Origin: Geosiphon pyriformis uo1 | Taxonomy: Eukaryota; Fungi; Glomeromycota | Reading direction: 5' to 3' | Length of the DNA stretch: 64,000 bases | NCBI GenBank assembly: GCA_016748015.1 | Contig: JAAOMT010000495.1 | Coordinates: forward strand, 1 to 64,000 | In this document: positions 1 through 11,880 of the stretch, in pieces | Numbering within the stretch: the first letter of the stretch is position 1 | Layout: every line of letters starts with the position of its first letter | Program-made: the position numbers and the translations under genes | The notes under the pieces: generated by a model | What the model saw: only the letters and a program-made list of their open reading frames with translations | Told to the model about the DNA's origin: nothing | Database searches by the model: none

Positions 1-704
1 TCCAGGAGTCTTTTTTTATAATTTCGAATATTCGAAAACTAAAAAATTAGCAATATGGTAATTTAAAATTCAAATAGATGTAGTTGAAGAAAAAAACCAA
101 TTCAAAAAAATAATTTAAACGATATGATAAAAATCATGAATCAAGATTATTTAATGAGTGATACAAAACCTGATTAATTATTAGATTCACAGCTTCTTCA
201 ACATCTAATTTTCATGCAAAACATCCTTCTGGGTTTTTTATTTATCAAATTCATAGGTGTTTTTTTCTATCTGTTATTCATTTTAAATTCCTATCGGCAA
301 AGATTTTCGGATGTTTGAATATTTTGTCGATTTGTTCACGAAACAAATTTCGGAAAATTTTTTTATTTTTATGTACATATATTTCCCTTTGCCTTTTAGA
401 TAATCATGCAGGTAATGTGAGTCATAATAATTTGATAAGTTATGAAACGTTCAATAATAATTACTTCATTTGATAAAGTTTTGCAATTTATAAAAATAAA
501 CATCTTAAACGTTTGCCGTTTCTATCAACTCATTAATTGGTTCGAGCCAAGTTAATCTTCAATCTCCTGAATAGTTTTGAATTATTTTGGTGTTAATCAT
601 GGCAAGTTGTAAATAAAACTTGAAATAGGAACGAGGATTTGGAAGAGAAAATCCTAACAGATATTCTATCAATCCTCTTACAAACTCGATTTACACTGAT
701 AAAG

Positions 705-2204
705 ATGGAAATCAGTCTATGGTTATTATTGGTGGTATTAGTATTTTTAAAAATTGACGCCTTTCTTTTAACAAAAAACAATAAACAATAAAATGAATTC
801 AGAAAGAGATGAAAATATCTATAGCCCAAGCTTTTATGATGAACTTTTATTTTCAATCAAAAATAATGATTCCGAAATTTTTAATGAAGAATCAGATGAA
901 AATAAATTAGCATTAGAAATCTTTTAAAACAAGTTACCTAACGATCACTTGTCATCAAGCAACATACTGAATTCGGAAACACCAAATTTATACGAAAATG
1001 ATTTCAGTATTTTCGAATCTACATCATATTTTACAATTCCACTTCTAAACCTTCAGAATATAAATTTACAAGTTGAGCAGCAGAATATATCTAAAAATTA
1101 CTTCAATATTTTAGAACCTTTAACAAAATCAGAAAATTTTATTAATCCTATTTTCGATGAGAATTCGCAGCCAATTTCAAAAGATGACGAGTTATTGAAG
1201 ATACTAAAGAGAAATGCTCAAATTACAAATGAGGTTTTTTGCAGCAGCAAAATAATTTCTATAAACAAAAATATCAAAGGTTAGAATCACAGTTTTTCAG
1301 AATTAAATCATCCAAGTAAATTAAGTTTGCAAATTTATGCTGTTGCTTTAAAGTTCTCGTATTACTATCCGTGGAAAAAGGTCTACTTACAATCGCCATT
1401 TATGGAGATTAAAAAAATTTCCAAAAATACATTAATGATCAAACAAAATCTCGTACCATTTAAACAAGAAGCAAATGTGAAGATTAATAAATGAGTTTCG
1501 GAGTTTTAGTCCTGCCGCCGTAAAAAGTTTATTAAATGTTTTGAATAACATAGTGTTAAAGTTCACCCAGGGCTATACTTTTAATTTTACTGGATTTAGC
1601 ATGGGTGGTGGTAATTGAAAGATAAAAGCATTGCTTTATTCATTTCATTTCATTTCATTTCTTTCTTACTTTTTTTTGAAGCTAATCAAGTTTCTTCAGT
1701 TTTTTAATGCAGTCTATGTTTTACTAGCTGCTATAGCGATTCAAAAAACCAAACCTATTTCAATACCAATTGTGACAAATGTCTACACATATGGAATGCC
1801 TCGTATTGGAAATCAGGAGTTTGTCTTATATGCTGAAAGTATGGTTTATATTTAGCGAGTGACCTATGTAGATGATTATGTTCCTCGAAACCGAGTCAAA
1901 TTTGAAAATCCTGCGGAAAATATAGAAATACACCCTGGAAAGGAGATGTGGATAAAAGAAAAAGATAATCAAAAGGCATATAGCTGTCCATTCATGCTTG
2001 ATGAAAGTAATGTAAGTGTTTTGGAATATCAAGGCTTTTGAGTTCAGATAGCTATAAACTAAAACTTTGTTGATTGAGTTATATTCATATGATATTATGT
2101 AGGGATGCATAAATTCACAGATAAATGCTTCATTAGTAAACCATGTTGGTCCTTATTTCGGGGTTACGAATGGAAAATGTCAAAAACAAAAGGCGAAAAT
2201 TTAA
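705..2204 (+). pseudogene. Class-3 lipase-like pseudogene (copy L1)
   Basis: Signal-peptide start MEISLWLLLVVLVFLKIDA at 705, followed by stops and a frameshift. Elbow TGFSMGG (~1589-1610) is followed by a GT donor. VYTYGMPRIGN; in-frame TAG at 1853 (YI*RVTY, where L2 has W); IHPGKEMW; last exon GCINSQ..NHVGPYFGVTNGKC. Confidence 0.85.
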
Positions 2205-2624
2205 TAACTAGTAATGATAAATTATCGAGAATTTTAATTTTTTATTCGTCATAAAAAATAAACGCGTTTAAAAGTAATCCTTTACGTTTCATCCCTTGGC
2301 AATCATTTTCCGTTAACGATGATTTCATCGAATCTTGAATCTCGACTGATAGACCATAATCAGGAACCAAGAGGCGAGTCGAATTATCACTTCTTAATTT
2401 GGTAATAAAAACCCAACTAAAAACAGAAACAGCAAATTTGAAACTACAACGCTTGCCTTAAAAGTCTTTGACAGGGAGCAAATAAACAATGAATCAACAT
2501 CGAGATGTTTTAGTGCTACAGAATAATTTGATTGGATTGAAATATTAGTTAGTTTCCTAAATTTTTATTAAAATGCGAAAAAAGGAATATTTTCTTTCAA
2601 GCCAACTGTTAAAGCGAGCAAAAA

Positions 2625-4193
2625 ATGAAACTAAGGAGATTATTTTGTATTTTCCTATCTTTACGTCTCAATTCTTTTGCTAATGGGATGCCATTTTCAT
2701 TCAATTATAAACGAGATGCTTCCTTAAAATCATTAAATGGCCTAGAAAATAAAAAGTTAATTTCTAATAAGATAGAAAGTTCACCAAAAACCCAATATGA
2801 AGGACTCCAGCTTAATAATGAATTAAATCGATCACCCTTCCTTTCATTTAAGAGCATGCCTAATCTTTTGGGTGAAGAAAATTCAATTTATCAAGCTTCT
2901 TTTTCGGATGGGATAAATGACATCATTAAAAATATTTACCTCAATCAACCTGGAGAAATTGATTTTGCTGACACTTCATTAATGATTTCTGATCAGGGTT
3001 TACTTGAACAAAATTATGAAACACTAGATTCTCAGGAAAATATAGAAAGCGACCTTACGATCATTAATACGCCCGTCACAAACGTAAAAGATCAAAATTC
3101 AATTTTTCAAGAGAGCGATAATGAGAATAACTTTATACTTGCTGAAGATTCACACCAATCGGATTTTCCACAAAGGAATCCATTGACAGATCGCGTCTTG
3201 TTGAAAAAATATGAAAAAATTGTTCACTTATTTAATGTAGTTTACTGCGAAAAAAAATTTCACACTCTCAATAATGATATAAAAGGTATTTAAGATTCCA
3301 GCTTCTCACTCATTCCATTCACAATATCAACATCTGACAAAGCTCAAATATTTTTACCTTCTAGTTCACATTTTTAGAACAAATAATAGAATAATTGCAA
3401 GTTTTAAGGGTAACGAGGGTAATCTGGACCTATACGTTCGTGAAGATCCTGGTCAATCTCATTATCCAGGAATCCATGGATCTATGGTAAATAAATGGTT
3501 CAATAATCACTTTAATAACGATATTAGAAAAGTCTTTATTGAGTTGATGCGACCATTTGTTGCTCATATTCATGATTCTTATGAAGTTCATACGATTGGA
3601 TATGGAGTTGGTGCGGGTAGGTGATATTTCCTATCTTTTGCTTTTATAATAACAATACTTCTCAATCAATCTTACCTGTTATCTGGCTTTCAATGTTAGC
3701 TTACGCAGTTTTAGCAGCACTAGCCCTCCAAGAAACTATGCAAATTCCCCGACCTGAAATTCCCAACGTTTACACATTTGGAATGCCTAAGATTGGAAAT
3801 GAAAATTTTGCAAAGCACGCAGCAAGATTAATAAATATTTGGCGTTTCACTAGCAAAAATGACCCAACACCCAGGAGTCCTGTCTCGGGGGTGAATTATC
3901 AGTATGTCCATGCTGGGGAAGAAATTTGGTTTAGAGGAAAAAATGGAACCGAGCCGTCAATTTTACGATGTAGAGTTCCTTTTGACGTTGGAGAACATGA
4001 GGTTTGTCTCAAAGATGTGAATGAAATCGATTCTTCAATATAGTTTTATTTAAATTTTAAAATTCTTGCTTAGGGATGTATTAGCTCGGCTCCAGGATCA
4101 GATTCACGAACCCATGCTGGCCCTTATTTTGATGTTAAAATAGGTTCATGTCCTCATAATAATAAAGTGAAAGTAAATGTTCGTTCAAAATAA
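2625..4193 (+). CDS. Secreted class-3 lipase-like protein with long acidic propeptide, nucleophile Ser->Gly (L2), 4 exons
   Basis: Exons ~2625-3285, 3365-3616, 3700-4001 and 4074-4193 splice in frame (GT-AG). Signal peptide plus YKR site; IASFKGN; elbow IGYGVGA; TFGMPKIGN; NDPTP; HAGEEIW; THAGPYF. Confidence 0.85.
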
Positions 4194-5500
4194 ATTCTGA
4201 GCGACCTTTTGCCTTTTAACTCATACCCAAAGATGAGGCAAAGAGCAGAAAAGCGAAAAGCACAGTCGAAATAGATGATTTTCATGTTTTGTATTGTTTC
4301 GAATCTGAATTTCGGATTTAAGTTAAATATCTGATATATGTATCTCAAAAATAATTTAGAATTTTTGTAATACATATTTTTGGTTTAATTTAGTATTTTT
4401 TACTGATTAAAAATACTTCAATTAATTATATTTGTCTCGATATAACATAACATTAAATTAATTTTTACATTGATATGAAAAGAACATAAAAAATGCATGA
4501 GTATAATAAAAATTAATATTATCAAAAACTCATTAATATTTAAGAATTAAGATTCTAAATATCAAAAAATCAACTAAAAATATAAAACAAATATTATTTT
4601 TTAATGATTAATTAGATTATTTATTTATTAATTTCAAATAATAATCAAAAGTTTTTAAGAAATTTTTTATTACAGACAATAATTTAACCAAAAGTGTAAA
4701 TAATATAATATATTTTAAAAATATTGAAAAAACAAAGAACATGATTTAAAAATTGTATCCAAATTTACCTTAACATTTATTAACATTTTATACAACATTT
4801 TAAATCAATATATTAAATTAAATTTTTCTAAAATTGACAATTTGTTTAATTAATAAATTCTTAAAAAAAATAGTATAAGAATTCTTAAGCACACATTTTA
4901 AAAAAATTTTATCAATCTTATTTATAAATTTTTTTTAATTGTCTATAGTTTAAATATTTTGTTATTATGTTTTTAAATAAAAGAAACCATTAATGAGAAT
5001 AATTAATTAATGAATTATAATATTCACAATTTTATTTTGTAATTTATTCTCGTTATTTAATTTTTAATTATTCAATTTTTTATAATATATAATTTTTAAT
5101 ATTCGAAAAAATCATAAAAGTTAATACAATACATTAATCTACAATTCTACATTATTAAAATTAACTTAATAATATCAAAATTTTATTATTTTTATTTGTT
5201 TTGTTTATGTATTATAATTTATACAAAAAACATGCTTTATTTGAAATACAGCAATAATTGATTTTATTACATTTATTATTTTATAAAAATAAAATTATTT
5301 GATATGTTTTATTATATTTAAATATATATTACTATTAGGTTAATATTTACTTTATTTAGATATGTTTGTAAAAACAAATCAGATTCAAAGTATAAATATT
5401 AATACAATTATTTAAAGATGTTATTTAATTTTTATTAATATATATATTTTATTTGGTTTTATATAAATTCATCATTTATAATTAAATCGTTCCAATTTTT

Positions 5501-5550
5501 TACTTAAATCAATAAAGTTTTTTATATATAAAACTTTATTGATTTAAGTA
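5501..5550. repeat. Perfect 21-bp inverted repeat (hairpin, 8-nt spacer)
   Basis: TACTTAAATCAATAAAGTTTT-ttatatat-AAAACTTTATTGATTTAAGTA. Confidence 0.85.
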
Positions 5551-6516
5551 TCTTTATATATAAATAAAATATATTATTGTTTTATTTTGTATTAAGCATT
5601 TATAATTAACGTACAAATTTATTTTAGAAAGAAATTATTGATCTGATTATTAACCCAATAATTAACTATTTACCAAACTAGTTATTCAATCTTTGCAAAG
5701 CTACCAAAATACATTCATTTTTTTAAATAGATTGAAGTTTATGAACAGATTAATTGATATAAATTTCTGAATTATAAAATTTTAGATTGAAAATAATATG
5801 ATCAAATTTGTGCTGTGCACATCTTGAGAGAATTTTTTTTAATTGGCCGATTGGTTTTTATGAGATATTAAAAATATTCGGATTAAATTAAATTTATGTT
5901 CTCTGTAACAAACGGGACTGATGAGAATTATTTAAATAGCTATTCATCTAATTTACACAAAGGTAAGTCATTTCTAACAAATGTTATTATTATCGGAAAA
6001 CAAAGTGTGCATATTTTGGGAAAGCAGTAGATACTCAAATTACTTGAATCTTGTCAAAATTGATAAATATTTTCCATAAAAACGTTGCCATTTTTGTAGT
6101 TATTCACATTTTACTTTTTGTAAAGAATGATTTTTATTCTTTCATAATAAAATAATTTATTAATTAATTTAAAGATTTCTAAATTTTAAAGCAAACCAAA
6201 ATTAATCAAAATAGTTTAAAATCTAAAGTTTTTTGCCACTCGCATCACAATTATATCTTCATAACCGTCTTTATCAATAAGTAGTAAAGAATCTGAGGTA
6301 AAACTTGTCAGATCAAATTATGGATGATTCAAATTTAGAAATGTCAAATGTGGGTTTCTGTTAAAGTAAGAAGCAATAGTCTAGTAATCAGTCAAGGAAA
6401 AAATCTAAAATTATAAATACGCCAACTCAGTACATTTCATTATATTTCAAAAAGTATTTAAATTACAATTTATCATCGTCATCATCGTCATCATCAGCAT
6501 CATCGCTTTGTGAAAT

Positions 6517-6550
6517 GGGGCAGACTGCAACAAAACCAGACAAAGTGAAC
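6517..6550 (+). repeat. Left terminal inverted repeat
   Basis: Matches the reverse complement of 12845-12878 with 3 mismatches; preceded by AAAT. Confidence 0.92.
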
Positions 6551-7281
6551 ATTTTATAAATGAGAGGCTGATTATGATGTGCCAGAATGTGATGAATATA
6601 AATCATAGCATGATTAATATAGGGATATCTTTATATAAAAATAAAATATATGAAACTAATTTACCATGGAACCAAAGTATTACAGCACTATTAGAAGCAT
6701 TTTAAAGAATGAACAAGGAGAAAAAATTGCTCCATACGTTTTTAAAATGAATGACACCCAAACTCTCCAGGATCACCTATGAAATTTATCGAGAAGAACG
6801 AAAAATAATAAACCATAAACGAACATTAACCTCAACTTATGATGAACCAAGAAAGAAACGAAGCTAGAGACATAAAGTAAATATCTGTTTCTTTATAATT
6901 ATCGATAATCAGATGATTCTTTATATACTGTTCGAGTAAGAATAGCAATAAATACGATAATTTTGGTTCGCTGTGCCCCAAGTACTACAAATCCGACACA
7001 ATTTATGACCAGCAAAACCTGTATCTTTTTAGAAACAATGGGTATTAAAGGTAATAAAACGGAAACACAGAAGCCGTTTGATCGGTAAATCAACTGTTTC
7101 AAGTCCATGTTATGATGTATGTTTAATGAACGCTTATAATTTTGAAATTGGTATAAAACCAGCACCATTTCACCCACGTTTTCGCTTAAAAAAACAAATT
7201 ACAATAGATCAAATTGCAATCTGCATTTATCGAAAGCATAATTTCATAATCTACAAAAATCAAATAACAATCCCACTCAAA

Positions 7282-7761
7282 ATGTTCACTTTCGCTATTG
7301 AAACCTTCTGCGAGTTACTGCTGCTGATCACGCTTATTGCTGGCACTTCTCTCTACCATAAAACTCACAATCAAGTCCGAATTATAACTCAAATGCTTTT
7401 TCAAGCGACAGAATCAAGGACAATTGAGTCTAAACCCATTAATCGAAATTATTTATCAAACATAACGCATTTATGGGAATATCTCAATAAGTTATTTGAT
7501 AGAAATTCTGAGCTGGACTCAGTATTATTCAACAAAGTTGTCATAAAACTCCGTAAACTATGCGAAAGAAAAGGCATTATCGCCTTCATTCTAAAAGGCC
7601 TTTGCCAGGAAAAAAGCCAATTCTCGAGAAAAACAATCGAAGCGCTTGAAAAATGGGTAGATAAAGAAAGGGGGAGGAGAAACATAGACTTTAATAACAT
7701 TTATAATAACAATACATGGCATAAATTTCACCAGAGCGACCAAAGTATAGGGGAGCAATAG
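7282..7761 (+). CDS. Hypothetical protein inside the transposon, N-terminal hydrophobic segment
   Basis: ATG 7282 MFTFAIETFCELLLLITLIAGTSL..., 159 aa within a 227-codon open frame; no family recognised. Confidence 0.35.
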   Translation: MFTFAIETFCELLLLITLIAGTSLYHKTHNQVRIITQMLFQATESRTIESKPINRNYLSNITHLWEYLNKLFDRNSELDSVLFNKVVIKLRKLCERKGIIAFILKGLCQEKSQFSRKTIEALEKWVDKERGRRNIDFNNIYNNNTWHKFHQSDQSIGEQ

Positions 7762-7856
7762 TTACATTGTAAAAAGGTCAAGCCACTGATCGGCGTTTGT
7801 ATATAGATCTCATCGCGCAGCAACATCTTCCCATCGAAACCAAAACAAAAACCACC

Positions 7857-10164
7857 ATGACTACGCTTGAGTACTACCAGCAACAACTGGAGAAGGCAGA
7901 GAAGAAGCTGGATGAGGCGAGCGCGGCGTTGAAGAGTTTTCAGGAGTTGAAATACGGAGGAATAAAACTAGAAGAGTTGAGAGACAAGGAGGACCTCATG
8001 GTAAAGGAGAAGGCTACGCTGGAGAGGCTGACGAAGAAAGAGGCAGATCTGGAGAACGCCGTGAAGGAGTGTAGAGAGGTGTGGATTAAGCGTGATAACG
8101 ACTTGCGGCAGGCGCGTACAGAATCTCAGACAGGTAACGACTTTGTGACTCGGGCGTTGGGGACGTAGAGTAGTGTGTACATAGGGTAGAGTGGGGACGT
8201 ACTGCTTTTTCGCCGTTACTTTTTAACGTGTGCATCACCCTATTTCCATTTTATTCAAAACATTTCATTCCATTAAATCTTCCATACACTCTCTTATTGT
8301 TTACACCTTGTAATGTTATTCAACGCTTTATTTAATCTTTTTTTATAATTTTATTACGAGTTTGGGTATTTGCTATCCTGTTGCGCATTGACTAACTTGT
8401 ACTTTCCCCTTTCAAACTGCTTTGATTTGCTTCAGCAAATAAGCGTCCCTATGAAAAAAGTAAGTTACAGAGGAGTGGGTTGTTAGTTATTATTACCTAA
8501 TTATAATCTTATTTCCTGCATACAAACTATAGTTGATGCTAGTGCACAGGTCCTTGATAGGTTAAGGAAAAGGGCTAAGCCATCGCTCCCGGATTCTGAC
8601 GAACTTGCTACATTCCTCGAACAATCTCTCACGAATGACATAAAGGTTCCCCTTCTTAGGGATGAGTTTGACACCTTCCTCGTATCTGGTTATCAAGATC
8701 CGTGCACGGCTGAAGACCTAGAGATCCTATTCCGTGTCAGCGACACTGAGAGTGCTTATACTTTCGTCACTGGTGTGCTTGGGTCTGCAATTATGACCCC
8801 CTCGCCTCCGCTTGATGGGACTAAGTATTCATTTGTCACATTTTGGGACACCAATATTCGAAGATTTCTTGAGACTTTCTTTTCAAGTGGTCATTCCGTC
8901 CGAAATACAAACCAACGCATGATCTCTAATAACATGCGCCCAGACTTTGGTTTCATTCTCAACCGAGTATCCCCATTTAGGGGGGAGGAAAAGGCTCCTC
9001 ATAGCAGGGAAGAGGCGTGGACTGAGCTCGTGGATAAAATTCAATGGACTTATGATCCAGCTCCTTATGTCTTGGGTAAGTCTTTAGTTTTTATTCTGTT
9101 GGTCATTTGATTGGTTAACAAATGTAGTCTTCTTCTTTTGCAGGTTACTATGCTATTGGACCATCATTAACCTATGTTGCTCTTTGCCGGCCGCGACTTG
9201 GAAGTTATAAGCCAGATATTATCCCCATTGGAACCGTTGATTTGAGTCTGAGGAAAGAACGTATCCGTAATTTGCGAATACTCATAAATTTATGCACTAT
9301 CATTGAGCTGGTTCAGGATGTAATAGTGTGGCGCGAAACTACAGAGTTCGTCCCTATTGAGAGGTGCGTTGAGGAATTTGTTATGACAAGCTTTATATTC
9401 TAGTCTAACGGTGTATATTTCTTGCTGAGAAAATAAAACAATTTGTGTAACTGGCACATGCATCAAAAAGACTTACCATGGTCCAGATGGTGAACAGTGC
9501 ACCCAAAAACTCCGGAACATCTATAATATGCTCAAAAATGAACATGTGCCAAATGTTGATAATCTCATTCTTTCATATACAGATAATGATCATGGATGTG
9601 TAGCATATCTTGCACCCAAAGGAATGAGTGTTAGACCGAATACGCAGAAGGAGTTGCTGGAAGCTATTATTTGCGTCCTCGAGGCACTGAGCGTGAGTAT
9701 TGTGGAACTACCAACAAATATTTCTACAGTCAGTAGCTCATCCATGTTTTTTAATATAGGTTATGCATGAAGCTGAGACACCTATCTTTCATAGAGATAT
9801 AAGGTGGCAAAATATAATACAATTGCATGGGTCACAATGGATGCTAATTGACTGGGATGATGCTTCCAGTATGTCTACCCGTGCTGCATCACATCTTGAA
9901 CGTGCAAACCATGCACCTGAAGTGTTTAATGATTATCATAAAGGGGAAGTTGACATTTGGAGTGCGGGAAAGCTAATAAGAGATGCAGCTGTATGGATTC
10001 TCGACCTCTCAGCTGATGTTGTGGAAAGAGGCAGATGGATGCGGGAAACAAAACCGAGACCAACTGCTGCTGATGCTTTGAAAGCAATACAGGATGTTTA
10101 TAGGACAATGTGTGATCAATTACGTGCTACTGCTAAACATAAAGTCAATAAAATTTATATATAG
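7857..10164 (+). CDS. Crinkler (CRN)-type coiled-coil + PD-(D/E)XK REase-like + protein-kinase-fold gene, 6 exons; one acceptor may be damaged
   Basis: ACCACCATG start. Exons ~7857-8133, 8436-8459, 8533-9075, 9144-9363, ~9428-9692 and 9761-10164. Motifs RPDFGF..FRGEEK, WTYDPAPYVLGYYA, HRDIRWQN, LIDWDDA, HAPE, DIWSAG, RPTA. The acceptor before exon 5 reads CTG instead of YAG in the needed phase. Confidence 0.8.
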
Positions 10165-10176
10165 GAATACCCGTAT

Positions 10177-11870
10177 ATGAAAAATTCTAATTATAATGGT
10201 TCGACTGAATATGAAAAAGCCATGCGTTTCTTGGAGATAGGTTGCAATTGTGGTTGCTCAAGAAAGATTACAAGAGAAAAGTTTGCCGAATTACGTGAGG
10301 CGTTTCAAGCTCTCTCTAGATCTGAACAAGACATATTTTTAATGGCCCAACTGAAAGCAATGAATGGTGGAGAAATAACTGCCAGCCGACGTTTTAAAAA
10401 GAAAACGCGTACTAATAAGAGAACTTTTTACTACTGAGGTTGCAATATGCCCCTTTGTCAGAAAACATATCTCAATATGTTGGGAATTGGTCGTACTCAC
10501 TTCGAAAACGTCAGAAATCATCTGGCAACGAATGGTGTAATACCACGCGTTCATGGTAATGTAAAAAAAGTGCCACGATGGAAAACCAAAATAATCATTG
10601 ATATAACTGTTGCTACCGCTGTGAAGAATTTTTTCGAAAACTATGCTGAAATCAATGGATTACCAAGTCCCGGTAGAAATGTCAATCGCATTACTCAATC
10701 GCTTACACTCTTGCCAGCCGAAACGAGTTACAAATCAATCTATCGTGATTTTATTGCAGGTCTCGAAATTGATAGCACATTGAAATTGTTAAAATATGAT
10801 GCATTCCGCAAGTTATGACATCAACTAACGCCTTACATTCAAATCATGAGTCCAAGAACGGATTTATGTGATACATGTCAACGGTTTCGGAATGACTTAC
10901 AGTATAATGCTCGTAAGGAAGAGGAGGCAAGAGATTTGTTGAAAAAATACAAAGAACATTTAGTTAAGGCTAAATTAGAGAGAAATTATTACAACAAAAA
11001 TACGAGATTAGCAGAACAGCAGAGAAAATTGGTAGATGAGCATTTTATAACAAGAGGTAAAGCTCATTCTGATCAACAGGTAAGTAAAATTTATTATCTT
11101 AGTCCACGTAAAGTGCATTTATTTGGTATTCAAGATGAGGCGGTACGCGAACAAATTAATTACGTTCTTGATGAAGACGAAATTATCGGCAAAGGTCCTA
11201 ATGGCACACTGAGCATGGTATTCGATGGAATTAAGAAATTGAATAAAGGTGAAAAGTATTTAAAGATTACTTGCGATAATGCAGGAGGACAGTATAAAAA
11301 TAATGCTACCATTTGATTTATCTGTATTTGGTAATTTGTGGTTATTATGAAAGTATCGAATTAAATTTTATGGTACCTGGACATACTAAATTCAAGTGTG
11401 ATGGCAGTTTTGGATTGATTAAGAAACTATACCGCAAAACGACTGTAAATTGTGTGGATCATGTGATCGAAGTAGTAAAAAAGTCTAGTGTTGCCAGACT
11501 AAATAAAGCGCGGCGCTATAATGATGGAGCCGGCTTTCAATATTTTGACATCATAAGTGGTCTGGAAGCTTATTTTAAAAAACTACCCGGTCTACAAAAG
11601 TTTCAACATTTTCTTTTTACCAGGGCCAACCCTGGTGTGGTCAAAGTCCAAGAATTCGCTAATGGTCCTTTCCAGGAATTCAGACTTTTAAAAATTGGCA
11701 AACCCGATGCTTCGAAGAGTAAAGAAAAAATCAATGCCTTGTCATTTTTCGTGCTAGTGCCTCCTCCTATGAAGTATGAAAGGCAAGAATACCTTTATAA
11801 TTATATTCGGCCTTTTGTCAAGGATGCTTTTAAAGATGTCACTTGCCCAAAACCATTGAACGGATGTTAA
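10177..11870 (+). pseudogene. Sola-family DDD transposase, continuous if TGA=Trp (code 4); one frameshift and a probable internal deletion
   Basis: ORFs 10177-10437, 10447-10818 and 10846-11316 share one frame and are separated only by TGA (FYY*GC, FRKL*HQL, NATI*F). A 1-nt shift at ~11317 leads into 11313-11870. Motifs GCNCGC, PRVHGN, PRTDLCDTC, YYLSPRKVHLFGI, DNAGGQYKN, FMVPGHTKFKCDGSFG, RQEYLYNYIRPF..CPKP. No introns. Confidence 0.85.
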
Positions 11871-11880
11871 AAATAAAATT

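Noticed and set aside
10163-10166. AGGA as a Shine-Dalgarno site for the transposase
   Set aside because: Only four bases, overlaps the TAG, and the true start may lie upstream.
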